Sequence record: ON645936.1
Length of the DNA stretch: 64,000 bases
From: Escherichia phage N2
Direction: 5' to 3' (one strand)
Both the position numbers and the translations under genes were made by a program. The notes below the pieces were generated by a model. That model did no database searches. It saw only the letters and a list, made by a program, of their open reading frames with translations, and had not been told where the DNA came from. Shown piece by piece: positions 1-14,553 of the stretch (position 1 is the stretch's first letter; each line of letters begins with the position of its first letter).

Positions 1-2925
<2,925 letters not shown>

Positions 2926-2953
2926 TATTAAAGCATATTAAAGAGGATTAAAA

Positions 2954-4933
2954 ATGACTTTATTATCTCCGGGCATTGAGCTCAAAGAAACTACGGTTCA
3001 AAGCACTGTGGTTAATAACTCTACTGGTACAGCAGCTTTGGCCGGTAAATTCCAGTGGGGTCCTGCTTTTCAGATCAAACAGGTTACAAATGAAGTAGAT
3101 TTAGTTAATACTTTTGGTCAACCTACAGCTGAAACTGCTGATTATTTTATGTCTGCAATGAATTTCTTACAATATGGAAATGATTTGCGAGTTGTGCGTG
3201 CTGTCGATAGAGATACCGCTAAAAACTCATCTCCGATTGCTGGTAATATTGAATACACTATTTCTACCCCAGGTAGTAACTACGCGGTTGGAGATAAAAT
3301 CACAGTTAAGTATGTTTCAGAAGACATTGAAACGGAAGGTAAAATTACCGAAGTAGATGCTGATGGAAAAATTAAGAAAATTAATATTCCTACCGCAAAA
3401 ATTATCGCTAAAGCGAAAGAAGTCGGTGAATATCCAGCATTAGGTTCTAACTGGACCGCGGAAATTTCTTCGTCTTCCTCTGGTTTAGCTGCAGTAATAA
3501 CTCTTGGAAAAATTATTACTGATTCTGGTATTTTATTAGCTGAGATTGAAAATGCTGAAGCTGCTATGACAGCAGTTGAATTTCAAACAAATCTCGAAAA
3601 ATATGGAATTCCAGGAGTAGTAGCTCTTTATCCAGGCGAGTTGGGCGATAAAATCGAAATCGAAATCGTATCTAAAGCTGACTACGCAAAAGGAGCTTCT
3701 GCATTACTCCCAATTTATCCAGGTGGCGGAACACGCGCATCTACTGCTAAGGCAGTGTTTGGATATGGACCACAAACTGATTCACAATATGCTATTATAG
3801 TTCGCCGTAATGATGCTATTGTTCAAAGTATTGTTCTTTCAACAAAGCGTGGTGAAAAAGACATTTATGACAGTAACATCTATATTGATGACTTTTTCGC
3901 AAAAGGCGGTTCAGAATATATTTTCGCAACTGCACAAAACTGGCCAGAAGGCTTCTCCGGAATTTTAACTCTGTCTGGTGGATTATCATCAAATGCTGAA
4001 GTAACAGCAGGAGATTTGATGGAAGCCTGGGACTTCTTTGCTGACCGTGAATCTGTTGACGTTCAGTTGTTTATTGCGGGTTCTTGCGCCGGCGAATCTT
4101 TAGAAACAGCATCTACTGTCCAAAAACACGTCGTTTCAATTGGGGATGCTCGCCAAGATTGCTTAGTATTGTGCTCACCACCGCGTGAAACTGTAGTTGG
4201 AATTCCTGTAACTCGTGCTGTTGATAACTTAGTCAATTGGAGAACTGCAGCAGGTTCATACACCGATAATAACTTTAATATCAGTTCAACCTACGCAGCA
4301 ATTGATGGTAACTACAAGTATCAGTATGACAAATATAATGATGTGAATCGTTGGGTTCCATTAGCAGCTGATATTGCCGGTTTATGTGCAAGAACCGATA
4401 ACGTTTCTCAGACTTGGATGTCTCCAGCTGGTTATAATCGCGGCCAGATTCTTAACGTTATTAAACTTGCTATTGAAACTCGCCAGGCGCAGCGCGATCG
4501 TTTATACCAAGAAGCTATCAACCCGGTAACCGGTACAGGTGGTGATGGTTACGTATTGTATGGTGATAAAACAGCTACTTCTGTTCCTTCTCCATTTGAT
4601 CGTATTAACGTTCGTCGTCTGTTTAATATGCTGAAAACGAATATCGGACGTAGTTCAAAATATCGTTTGTTCGAATTAAACAACGCGTTTACTCGTTCAT
4701 CATTCCGCACAGAAACTGCCCAATACTTACAGGGAATTAAAGCTCTCGGTGGAATTTATGAATATCGTGTAGTTTGCGATACAACAAATAACACTCCGTC
4801 AGTAATTGATAGAAATGAGTTTGTTGCAACATTCTACATCCAACCGGCTCGTAGTATAAATTATATCCAACTTAATTTCGTCGCAACTGCTACTGGTGCA
4901 GATTTCGATGAGTTAACTGGTCTTGCAGGTTAA
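2954..4933 (+). CDS. 18: tail sheath protein gp18
   Basis: 659-aa ORF matching T4 gp18 length and N-terminus; preceded by TATAAATA late promoter. Confidence 0.95.
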   Translation: MTLLSPGIELKETTVQSTVVNNSTGTAALAGKFQWGPAFQIKQVTNEVDLVNTFGQPTAETADYFMSAMNFLQYGNDLRVVRAVDRDTAKNSSPIAGNIEYTISTPGSNYAVGDKITVKYVSEDIETEGKITEVDADGKIKKINIPTAKIIAKAKEVGEYPALGSNWTAEISSSSSGLAAVITLGKIITDSGILLAEIENAEAAMTAVEFQTNLEKYGIPGVVALYPGELGDKIEIEIVSKADYAKGASALLPIYPGGGTRASTAKAVFGYGPQTDSQYAIIVRRNDAIVQSIVLSTKRGEKDIYDSNIYIDDFFAKGGSEYIFATAQNWPEGFSGILTLSGGLSSNAEVTAGDLMEAWDFFADRESVDVQLFIAGSCAGESLETASTVQKHVVSIGDARQDCLVLCSPPRETVVGIPVTRAVDNLVNWRTAAGSYTDNNFNISSTYAAIDGNYKYQYDKYNDVNRWVPLAADIAGLCARTDNVSQTWMSPAGYNRGQILNVIKLAIETRQAQRDRLYQEAINPVTGTGGDGYVLYGDKTATSVPSPFDRINVRRLFNMLKTNIGRSSKYRLFELNNAFTRSSFRTETAQYLQGIKALGGIYEYRVVCDTTNNTPSVIDRNEFVATFYIQPARSINYIQLNFVATATGADFDELTGLAG

Positions 4934-4945
4934 TTGATTGATTGT

Positions 4946-4959
4946 GGGGCTTCGGCCCC
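4946..4959 (+). terminator. GC hairpin with UUCG tetraloop after gene 18
   Basis: GGGGC-UUCG-GCCCC; weak U tract, so may be a stability element rather than a terminator. Confidence 0.45.
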
Positions 4960-4976
4960 TATTCTCGAGGAAACAA

Positions 4977-5582
4977 GTGATTATTTCTAAGTTTGTTACA
5001 ATAAAACCAAGAAATCATTCAAAAATGTGGTCGACAATTCTAGGATATAAAGTATCATATCATGATACAGTATCTGTTCCAATAGAATTAATGCCAAAGA
5101 ATAGTAATAAAATAGTTGACGCTAAATGTGATTTGTGCGGTATTAAATTTAGTAGAAGCATTCAGCTTTTAAATAGAACACCTACACATGCATGTAGAAA
5201 ATGTAGCATTAAACAAGTTGCTATTAAAAATTCGGAAGTTCAATCCGGAATAAGCAGACCATGGCAAAGAGGCGATAAACACCCTCGATGGACTGGTAAA
5301 AGAAAAGAGTTTGCATTATATGCTAGTAGAGTTCATTCTATAACTAAGTCAGCTAAAATAAGAAAAATTTGGTCAAAATGGCCGAATGCTGATAAAATAG
5401 GAGTGTGCGGTGTAGAAGGTGCTTACCAACTCGATCATAAAGTATCTATCAAATATGGATTTGATAATTTAATTCCGCCGGAAATTATAGCAAGCGTAAA
5501 AAATTTAGAAATAATCACTTGGGAATCTAACCGAGAAAAGTCAAAAAGAAATAGCGTAGATCTTTGGGATTTACTAGAATGA
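4977..5582 (+). CDS. HNH-family homing endonuclease-like protein inserted between genes 18 and 19 (start uncertain: GTG 4977 with GAGGA SD, or ATG 5025)
   Basis: C-terminal HNH-like motif (..YQLDHKVSIKYGFDN..NLEIITWESNREK) plus Cys pairs CDLCG / HACRKC; absent from this position in T4 as I recall it. Confidence 0.7.
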   Translation: MIISKFVTIKPRNHSKMWSTILGYKVSYHDTVSVPIELMPKNSNKIVDAKCDLCGIKFSRSIQLLNRTPTHACRKCSIKQVAIKNSEVQSGISRPWQRGDKHPRWTGKRKEFALYASRVHSITKSAKIRKIWSKWPNADKIGVCGVEGAYQLDHKVSIKYGFDNLIPPEIIASVKNLEIITWESNREKSKRNSVDLWDLLE

Positions 5583-5589
5583 TTCTAAA

Positions 5590-5607
5590 GGCCTGTTTCG
5601 GCAGGCC
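5590..5607 (+). terminator. hairpin after the HNH gene
   Basis: GGCCTG-TTTCGG-CAGGCC. Confidence 0.4.
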
Positions 5608-5608
5608 A

Positions 5609-5616
5609 TATAAATA
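5609..5616 (+). promoter_or_regulatory. late promoter TATAAATA immediately after hairpin
   Basis: Exact octamer. Confidence 0.6.
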
Positions 5617-5667
5617 CACTATATCCTTAATTCTTTAATTCTATATGCCCTAGGTTAAACATAGGGA

Positions 5668-5675
5668 TATAAATA
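5668..5675 (+). promoter_or_regulatory. late promoter TATAAATA (gene 19)
   Basis: Exact octamer 15 nt upstream of gene 19 ATG. Confidence 0.75.
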
Positions 5676-5689
5676 CTACAGAGGCTAAT

Positions 5690-6181
5690 ATGTTTGTAGA
5701 TGATGTAACACGAGCGTTTGAATCTGGTGATTTTGCTCGACCTAACTTATTCCAAGTAGAAATTTCTTATCTTGGACAAAATTTTACGTTTCAATGTAAA
5801 GCCACTGCTTTACCAGCTGGTATTGTAGAAAAAATTCCAGTCGGATTTATGAACCGTAAAATTAACGTAGCAGGCGATCGTACATTCGATGACTGGACTG
5901 TTACAGTAATGAACGATGAGGCACATGATGCTCGCCAGAAGTTCGTTGATTGGCAAAGCATTGCTGCGGGACAAGGAAACGAAATTACTGGTGGAAAACC
6001 TGCAGAGTATAAAAAGAGCGCTATCGTTCGTCAATATGCTCGTGACGCTAAAACAGTAACAAAAGAAATTGAAATTAAAGGTCTGTGGCCTACTAACGTG
6101 GGTGAACTTCAATTAGATTGGGATTCAAACAATGAAATCCAAACATTTGAAGTAACTCTTGCTCTCGATTATTGGGAATAA
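5690..6181 (+). CDS. 19: tail tube protein gp19
   Basis: 163-aa ORF, T4 gp19-like; late promoter and SD upstream. Confidence 0.95.
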   Translation: MFVDDVTRAFESGDFARPNLFQVEISYLGQNFTFQCKATALPAGIVEKIPVGFMNRKINVAGDRTFDDWTVTVMNDEAHDARQKFVDWQSIAAGQGNEITGGKPAEYKKSAIVRQYARDAKTVTKEIEIKGLWPTNVGELQLDWDSNNEIQTFEVTLALDYWE

Positions 6182-6213
6182 AATGAATGGGGAGAAATCC
6201 CCATCCTGCTTAA

Positions 6214-7838
<1,625 letters not shown>

Positions 7839-7839
<1 letters not shown>

Positions 7840-8087
7840 TGGAAGGTTTAATTGAAGCTATTAAATCAAACGACCTCGTAGCCGCTCGTAAATTCTTTGC
7901 TGAAGCCATGGCTGCAAGAACGATTGATTTAATTAAAGAAGAAAAAATCGCTATCGCTCGTAATTTCTTAATCGAAGGTGAAGAACCTGATGATGAGGAT
8001 GATGAAGACGAGGATGATGACGAAGATAGCGATGATAAAGACGACAAAAAAGACAAAGACTCTGACGAAGACGAGGATGATGAATAA
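7839..8087 (+). CDS. 67: prohead core protein gp67 with acidic D/E-rich tail
   Basis: 82-aa ORF; ATGA overlap with gene 20 stop; synteny. Confidence 0.85.
7981..8087 (+). repeat. low-complexity GAT/GAA-rich tract encoding the acidic tail of gp67
   Basis: [32 protein letters not shown]. Confidence 0.6.
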
Positions 8088-8512
8088 TGCTTCTGATCCC
8101 TGAAACTCATGAATTAGTTCTCGAGAATGTCGAAGCACTTATTCCTGAAGCACAGGGTCGCTTTGACGAATTGTCTTCTGCTTTAAATAAAGACGATATA
8201 AATACAATTGTCGAGAATATGCTTGATGATGAAACTGATTTAGCAATTGCATTAGCTTCTATTAATGAAGATATGCCGCTAAATGAATTCATCGTTAAAC
8301 ATGTTTCTGCTCGTGGTGAAATTACACGTACTAAAGACCGCAAGACGCGTGAACGTAATGCATTTCAAACCACCGGGCTGTCTAAAGCAAAACGTAGACA
8401 AATTGCTCGCAAAGCTACCAAAACGAAGATTGCCAATCCAGCAGGTCAATCTCGTGCTCAGCGTAAGCGTAAAAAAGCTCTTAAACGCCGTAAAGCATTA
8501 GGATTAAGCTAA
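8087..8512 (+). CDS. 68: prohead core protein gp68
   Basis: 141-aa ORF; start overlaps gene 67 stop; synteny. Confidence 0.85.
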   Translation: MLLIPETHELVLENVEALIPEAQGRFDELSSALNKDDINTIVENMLDDETDLAIALASINEDMPLNEFIVKHVSARGEITRTKDRKTRERNAFQTTGLSKAKRRQIARKATKTKIANPAGQSRAQRKRKKALKRRKALGLS

Positions 8513-9150
8513 TGAATGAACCCCAATTACTAATTGAAACTTGGGGTCAACCTGGCGAAATTATTGATGGTGTGCCAATGCTTGAATCCCACGATGGAAA
8601 AGACTTAGGTTTAAAACCTGGTTTATACATCGAAGGAATATTCATGCAAGCGGAAGTCGTCAATAGAAATAAACGTCTTTATCCAAAACGCATATTAGAA
8701 AAAGCGGTAAAAGACTATATCAATGAGCAAGTTTTAACTAAACAAGCTCTCGGAGAATTAAATCATCCTCCACGCGCTAATGTTGACCCGATGCAAGCCG
8801 CTATCATTATAGAAGATATGTGGTGGAAAGGAAATGACGTATACGGACGAGCTCGTGTTATTGAAGGTGACCACGGTCCTGGAGATAAATTAGCAGCTAA
8901 TATTCGTGCCGGATGGATTCCAGGAGTTTCTTCTCGTGGATTAGGTTCATTGACTGACACAAATAAAGGTTATCGTATCGTAAACGAAGGATTCAAATTA
9001 ACTGTAGGTGTTGATGCAGTATGGGGTCCAAGTGCTCCAGATGCATGGGTAACTCCTAAGGAAATTACCGAATCACAGACGGCGGAAGCCGATACAAGTG
9101 CCGATGACGCCTATATGGCTCTCGCAGAGGCCATGAAAAAAGCGTTATAA
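8512..9150 (+). CDS. 21: prohead core scaffold protein and protease gp21
   Basis: 212-aa ORF matching T4 gp21 length and position. Confidence 0.93.
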   Translation: MNEPQLLIETWGQPGEIIDGVPMLESHDGKDLGLKPGLYIEGIFMQAEVVNRNKRLYPKRILEKAVKDYINEQVLTKQALGELNHPPRANVDPMQAAIIIEDMWWKGNDVYGRARVIEGDHGPGDKLAANIRAGWIPGVSSRGLGSLTDTNKGYRIVNEGFKLTVGVDAVWGPSAPDAWVTPKEITESQTAEADTSADDAYMALAEAMKKAL

Positions 9151-9153
9151 ATA
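9146..9153 (+). promoter_or_regulatory. late promoter TATAAATA (gene 22)
   Basis: Exact octamer. Confidence 0.7.
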
Positions 9154-9180
9154 TTATTATCTAAACAACAGGACTACAAA

Positions 9181-9990
9181 ATGCTTAAAGAACAACTGAT
9201 TGCCGAAGCGCAGAAAATTGATGCTTCCGTTGCTCTTGATAGTATTTTCGAATCAGTTAATATTTCTCCGGAAGCAAAAGAAACTTTCGGCACTGTATTC
9301 GAAGCTACCGTCAAGCAGCACGCCGTTAAATTAGCTGAATCTCATATCGCTAAAATTGCTGAAAAAGCAGAAGAAGAAGTAGAAAAAAATAAAGAAGAAG
9401 CCGAAGAAAAAGCTGAGAAGAAAATCGCTGAGCAAGCTTCTAAATTCATTGACCATCTTGCAAAAGAATGGCTCGCTGAAAATAAATTAGCAGTTGATAA
9501 AGGCATCAAAGCCGAACTGTTTGAATCCATGCTTGGTGGATTAAAAGAGCTCTTTGTTGAACACAACGTTGTTGTTCCAGAAGAATCAGTTGATATTGTA
9601 GCTGAAATGGAAGAAGAGCTGCAAGAACATAAAGAAGAATCAGCTCGTCTGTTCGAAGAACTCAGCATGCGCGACGCATATATCAATTATGTGCAGCGTG
9701 AAGTGGCATTGAGCGAAAGTACTAAAGATCTGACTGAGTCTCAAAAAGAAAAAGTCTCTGCTCTGGTCGAAGGTATGGATTATTCAGATGAATTCTCAAG
9801 TAAATTGAGTGCCATCGTAGAAATGGTGAAGAAGTCTAATAAAGATGAAAGCACTATTACTGAGGGTATAAATACTCCTGATACTGAAGCAGCCGGACTG
9901 AATTTCGTCACTGAAGCTGTAGAAGATAAAGCTGCACCTGGTGCAGAAGATATTGTAAGTGTATATGCGAAAGTCGCATCTCGTTTCTAA
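9181..9990 (+). CDS. 22: prohead core scaffold protein gp22
   Basis: 269-aa acidic coiled-coil-like protein; late promoter upstream; synteny. Confidence 0.93.
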   Translation: MLKEQLIAEAQKIDASVALDSIFESVNISPEAKETFGTVFEATVKQHAVKLAESHIAKIAEKAEEEVEKNKEEAEEKAEKKIAEQASKFIDHLAKEWLAENKLAVDKGIKAELFESMLGGLKELFVEHNVVVPEESVDIVAEMEEELQEHKEESARLFEELSMRDAYINYVQREVALSESTKDLTESQKEKVSALVEGMDYSDEFSSKLSAIVEMVKKSNKDESTITEGINTPDTEAAGLNFVTEAVEDKAAPGAEDIVSVYAKVASRF

Positions 9991-10008
9991 TTTTAAAGGT
10001 TAACACAA

Positions 10009-11574
10009 ATGACTATCAAAACTAAAGCTGAACTTTTGAACAAATGGAAGCCATTACTGGAAGGTGAAGGCCTGCCGGAAATCGCTAATAGCAAGCAGGC
10101 TATTATCGCTAAAATCTTCGAAAACCAGGAAAAAGATTTCGAAGTATCCCCTGAATATAAAGACGAGAAAATCGCTCAGGCATTTGGTTCTTTCTTGACC
10201 GAAGCTGAAATTGGTGGTGACCACGGTTATAATGCTACCAACATCGCTGCAGGTCAGACTTCTGGCGCAGTAACTCAGATTGGCCCAGCTGTTATGGGTA
10301 TGGTACGTCGTGCCATTCCTAACCTGATTGCTTTCGATATTTGCGGTGTTCAGCCGATGAACAGCCCGACTGGCCAGGTATTCGCACTGCGTGCAGTATA
10401 CGGTAAAGACCCGGTCGCTTCTGGTGCTAAAGAAGCATTCCACCCAATGTATGGTCCAGATGCAATGTTCTCTGGTCAGGGTGCTGCTAAGAAATTCACA
10501 GCTCTGGCTGCTAGCACACAAACCGTTGTAGGTGATATCTATACTCACTTCTTCCAGGACACTGGTACTGTGTATCTGCAAGCTTCCGCTGTAGTAACAA
10601 TCGATCCTAGTGCTAGTGATGCAGCTAAATTAGATGCTGAAATTAAGAAACAAATGGAAGCTGGTGCACTGGTAGAAATCGCTGAAGGTATGGCTACTTC
10701 TATTGCTGAACTTCAGGAAGGTTTCAATGGTTCTACCGATAACCCATGGAATGAAATGGGCTTCCGTATCGATAAACAAGTTATCGAAGCTAAATCTCGC
10801 CAGCTGAAAGCTGCTTACTCTATCGAATTAGCACAAGACCTCCGCGCTGTTCACGGTATGGATGCTGATGCTGAACTGTCTGGCATTCTGGCTACAGAAA
10901 TTATGCTGGAAATCAACCGTGAAGTTGTTGATTGGATTAACTACTCCGCTCAGGTTGGTAAATCTGGTATGACCCTGACTCCAGGTTCTAAAGCTGGTGT
11001 ATTTGACTTCCAGGATCCGATTGATATTCGTGGTGCTCGCTGGGCGGGTGAATCCTTTAAAGCTCTGTTGTTCCAGATTGACAAAGAAGCAGTTGAAATT
11101 GCTCGTCAGACCGGTCGTGGTGAAGGTAACTTCATTATCGCTTCCCGTAACGTAGTTAACGTTCTGGCTTCAGTTGATACCGGCATTTCTTATGCTGCAC
11201 AAGGTCTGGCTACCGGCTTTAACACTGATACTACCAAGTCAGTATTTGCTGGTGTTCTGGGTGGTAAATACCGTGTATATATCGACCAGTATGCTAAACA
11301 GGATTATTTCACTGTAGGTTATAAAGGTCCGAACGAAATGGATGCTGGTATTTACTATGCTCCATATGTAGCTCTGACTCCGCTGCGTGGTTCCGATCCG
11401 AAGAACTTCCAACCAGTAATGGGATTCAAAACTCGTTACGGTATCGGTATCAACCCATTTGCAGAATCCGCTGCTCAGGCTCCGGCTTCTCGCATTCAAA
11501 GCGGTATGCCTTCTATTCTGAATAGCCTTGGTAAAAACGCTTACTTCCGCCGTGTATATGTTAAAGGTATCTAA
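10009..11574 (+). CDS. 23: major capsid protein gp23
   Basis: 521-aa ORF with T4 gp23-like sequence; strongly biased codon usage; followed by terminator hairpin. Confidence 0.97.
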   Translation: MTIKTKAELLNKWKPLLEGEGLPEIANSKQAIIAKIFENQEKDFEVSPEYKDEKIAQAFGSFLTEAEIGGDHGYNATNIAAGQTSGAVTQIGPAVMGMVRRAIPNLIAFDICGVQPMNSPTGQVFALRAVYGKDPVASGAKEAFHPMYGPDAMFSGQGAAKKFTALAASTQTVVGDIYTHFFQDTGTVYLQASAVVTIDPSASDAAKLDAEIKKQMEAGALVEIAEGMATSIAELQEGFNGSTDNPWNEMGFRIDKQVIEAKSRQLKAAYSIELAQDLRAVHGMDADAELSGILATEIMLEINREVVDWINYSAQVGKSGMTLTPGSKAGVFDFQDPIDIRGARWAGESFKALLFQIDKEAVEIARQTGRGEGNFIIASRNVVNVLASVDTGISYAAQGLATGFNTDTTKSVFAGVLGGKYRVYIDQYAKQDYFTVGYKGPNEMDAGIYYAPYVALTPLRGSDPKNFQPVMGFKTRYGIGINPFAESAAQAPASRIQSGMPSILNSLGKNAYFRRVYVKGI

Positions 11575-11588
11575 TCTTTGACGATTTA

Positions 11589-11612
11589 AGGGACCTTCGG
11601 GTCCCTTTAGTT
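11589..11612 (+). terminator. rho-independent terminator after gene 23
   Basis: AGGGACC-UUCG-GGUCCCU followed by T-rich run. Confidence 0.7.
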
Positions 11613-11622
11613 GTTTTTATGG

Positions 11623-11630
11623 TATAAATA
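11623..11630 (+). promoter_or_regulatory. late promoter TATAAATA (gene 24)
   Basis: Exact octamer after gene 23 terminator. Confidence 0.75.
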
Positions 11631-11657
11631 AATCATATAAACCAAAAGGAAAGCGCA

Positions 11658-12941
11658 ATGGCTAAAATCAACGAACTTCTGCGCGAGTCAACCACAACGA
11701 ATAGCAACTCAATCGGTCGCCCAAATCTCGTTGCTTTGACTCGCGCTACCACTAAATTAATATATTCCGACATTGTAGCAACACAAAGAACTAATCAACC
11801 TGTTGCTGCTTTTTATGGTATCAAATACCTTAACCCAGACAATGAATTTACATTTAAAACTGGTGCTACTTACGCTGGCGAAGCTGGGTACGTAGACCGA
11901 GAACAAATCACAGAATTAACAGAAGAGTCTAAATTAACTCTCAATAAAGGCGATTTATTCAAATATAATAATATCGTTTATAAAGTATTAGAAGATACAC
12001 CATTTGCTGATATTGAAGAAAGCGATTTAGAATTAGCTCTTCAGATTGCAATTGTTCTTTTAAAGGTTCGTCTATTTTCTGATGCAGCATCAACAAGCAA
12101 ATTTGAAAGCTCTGATAGCGAAATTGCGGATGCTAGATTCCAGATTAATAAATGGCAAACCGCAGTTAAATCTCGTAAACTTAAAACTGGCATTACAGTT
12201 GAATTAGCACAAGATTTAGAAGCAAATGGATTCGATGCTCCTAATTTCTTGGAAGATTTGCTTGCAACTGAAATGGCGGATGAAATCAATAAAGATATTC
12301 TGCAATCTTTGATTACAGTATCAAAACGCTATAAAGTTACAGGAATTACTGATACTGGATTCATTGATTTGAGTTATGCATCTGCACCTGAAGCTGGTCG
12401 TTCATTATACCGAATGGTGTGTGAAATGGTTTCGCATATCCAAAAAGAATCAACTTATACTGCAACGTTCTGTGTTGCTTCAGCTCGTGCCGCTGCGATT
12501 CTTGCTGCATCAGGTTGGTTAAAACATAAACCAGAAGATGATAAATATCTTTCACAAAATGCCTATGGGTTCTTAGCTAATGGTTTACCGCTTTATTGCG
12601 ATACTAACAGCCCATTAGATTATGTAATCGTTGGCGTAGTAGAAAATATTGGTGAAAAAGAAATTGTCGGATCAATTTTCTATGCTCCGTATACAGAAGG
12701 TCTTGACTTAGATGACCCTGAACATGTAGGTGCATTTAAAGTTGTAGTTGATCCAGAAAGCTTACAACCATCTATCGGTTTATTGGTTAGATATGCTTTA
12801 TCTGCAAATCCTTACACTGTAGCAAAAGATGAAAAAGAAGCAAGAATAATTGATGGTGGAGACATGGATAAAATGGCGGGTCGTTCAGATTTGTCTGTTT
12901 TATTAGGTGTTAAATTACCAAAAATTATCGTTGATGAATAA
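11658..12941 (+). CDS. 24: capsid vertex protein gp24
   Basis: 427-aa ORF; gp23 paralog position; late promoter upstream. Confidence 0.93.
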   Translation: MAKINELLRESTTTNSNSIGRPNLVALTRATTKLIYSDIVATQRTNQPVAAFYGIKYLNPDNEFTFKTGATYAGEAGYVDREQITELTEESKLTLNKGDLFKYNNIVYKVLEDTPFADIEESDLELALQIAIVLLKVRLFSDAASTSKFESSDSEIADARFQINKWQTAVKSRKLKTGITVELAQDLEANGFDAPNFLEDLLATEMADEINKDILQSLITVSKRYKVTGITDTGFIDLSYASAPEAGRSLYRMVCEMVSHIQKESTYTATFCVASARAAAILAASGWLKHKPEDDKYLSQNAYGFLANGLPLYCDTNSPLDYVIVGVVENIGEKEIVGSIFYAPYTEGLDLDDPEHVGAFKVVVDPESLQPSIGLLVRYALSANPYTVAKDEKEARIIDGGDMDKMAGRSDLSVLLGVKLPKIIVDE

Positions 12942-12944
12942 AAC

Positions 12945-12968
12945 AAAGGGACCAAAAGGTCCCTTTTT
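12945..12968. terminator. bidirectional terminator between gene 24 and rnlB
   Basis: AAAGGGACC-AAAA-GGUCCCUUUUU, A/T runs on both sides. Confidence 0.7.
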
Positions 12969-12970
12969 AT

Positions 12971-13975
12971 TTAACTTACCAATTCAATCCAAGCCGGACG
13001 AAGTACATCTTGTACCATTTTAACTAATTCCTTTTTAATCAAAGAAGGATTATCCGCTTGAGTTAGAGTAATACCTTCACGAGAAGTTTCTTCCAAAATA
13101 TCTTGAACAGTTAGCCCCATCACCTTTCCAAAATCTTTTGGACCAATTTCGCCAATTTTAGAAATAACATTATTTACTCGGTTCAGTGTAACGTAGCAAG
13201 CTAAAATTCCCAGCAATTTATTATCAGCTTCTGACAACTCAACTTTAGCTTTAATAGGCTTATCAGACTTTTTCTTTTCGCTAAATTTAGAGTTCTTGCA
13301 TTTAATAGCGACACGATTGCCATTAGGCATCCAAGAAGGATAACAAGGTTTCAATACATATCCTTCAGCAGTAAATACTTCGCCTTTTGCTTCGGCATTC
13401 CAAACGCATTTATTTGCATCAACTAATCCAGCATGGTCTACTGTAAAATTATAATCCTGGACGACAGAATCTAAATCATTTGGCAATTTAATAAGTTCTT
13501 CAAATTTACCACGACCCAAAAGTGGAGCCATTTTAAATTTGAATGTATTACAGAATGATTCCATCATATAATCATCGACATAAGTCACATCACCACTTTC
13601 TGTAGTAACAATAATGTCAAATACATAAAAATCTTTATCACCATAATCGACATTCTTCTGAATGCCAGGTCCAGCGAATTCGCCGAAGACTTGATAAGAT
13701 ACAACTGCCGAAGTTTCCATAATATCTTGTACTGCTTTAATGGAATCAGCGTAATTCTTTAGAATAATTTCATACCCAAAGAAATCTTCAGCAGGAAGAA
13801 TCGGTCCAGTACGTTTAGCACAAGTTGCTTTATCGCGTTCAATAATCAGTGAGAAATTTGTGCCATGAATCTTTTCACGAGCTACCCATTCGCCGCCAGT
13901 CAATCCTAAACTGTAAAGTTTTTCAATGAACTTAGAATTGTAATGATTTTCAAGACTGCTATACTTTTTAAACAT
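12971..13975 (-). CDS. rnlB: RNA ligase 2 (Rnl2)
   Basis: 334-aa ORF; nucleotidyltransferase motif I KIHGTN; T4 rnlB position after gene 24. Confidence 0.93.
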   Translation of the reverse strand: MFKKYSSLENHYNSKFIEKLYSLGLTGGEWVAREKIHGTNFSLIIERDKATCAKRTGPILPAEDFFGYEIILKNYADSIKAVQDIMETSAVVSYQVFGEFAGPGIQKNVDYGDKDFYVFDIIVTTESGDVTYVDDYMMESFCNTFKFKMAPLLGRGKFEELIKLPNDLDSVVQDYNFTVDHAGLVDANKCVWNAEAKGEVFTAEGYVLKPCYPSWMPNGNRVAIKCKNSKFSEKKKSDKPIKAKVELSEADNKLLGILACYVTLNRVNNVISKIGEIGPKDFGKVMGLTVQDILEETSREGITLTQADNPSLIKKELVKMVQDVLRPAWIELVS

Positions 13976-13984
13976 AATTAATCC

Positions 13985-14263
13985 TCAAAATGTAATTTCT
14001 AACCAATCACCATCACGCTGATCACTATTGACTTTAAAGCTAAATCCTTCTTTTCTCAGCCAATCACCAATTTCTTCAGTAATCAATTTATCGCGAGCAG
14101 TGCAATAATAACTAAAATATGTTTTACCTTGCTCAGCTGCTTTATTAGCAAGTTCCGAAAAATCTTTAATAAAACACTCTAGTTTAAACTGTTTACTTTT
14201 AAGTGCTTTTTCGCGTAATTGATTAGCGAAAGATTCATTTTCATAAAAATCATACTGTTCCAT
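13985..14263 (-). CDS. hypothetical protein (T4 24.2 position)
   Basis: 92-aa ORF, tight packing with neighbours. Confidence 0.6.
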   Translation of the reverse strand: MEQYDFYENESFANQLREKALKSKQFKLECFIKDFSELANKAAEQGKTYFSYYCTARDKLITEEIGDWLRKEGFSFKVNSDQRDGDWLEITF

Positions 14264-14465
14264 TTTTCACCTTTTTATTAATATGTCTTTTTCTATAGAC
14301 AACTTTTTCTCGAGTCTCAAATTTATTCTTAGCAGTCATAGCTCGAGCCCATAATACAGCCACTTCCTTTGCCTGTAAGTTCAATTCACGAGCAATTTCA
14401 ATGAATGACTTTCCAGACTCATGGAGTGTAAACACCACAACCTCAGTTCTCATAATCAATCTCAT
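14250..14465 (-). CDS. hypothetical protein (T4 24.3 position)
   Basis: 71-aa ORF overlapping start of downstream ORF. Confidence 0.55.
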   Translation of the reverse strand: MRLIMRTEVVVFTLHESGKSFIEIARELNLQAKEVAVLWARAMTAKNKFETREKVVYRKRHINKKVKNGTV

Positions 14466-14553
14466 GTTATCGAGTTAATGCCATTATATACAACGTTTTC
14501 TGATTGTGTTTTGCGTGCTTTCAAAATGAAGAAAGGGGCCGAAGCCCCTAAGA

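Noticed and set aside
4938-4940. TTG start of the 214-aa HNH ORF
   Set aside because: Overlaps the gene 18 terminator hairpin with no SD; GTG at 4977 or ATG at 5025 is more plausible
10054-10581. 175-aa minus-strand ORF
   Set aside because: Lies wholly inside the major capsid gene 23 on the opposite strand; no SD or promoter context
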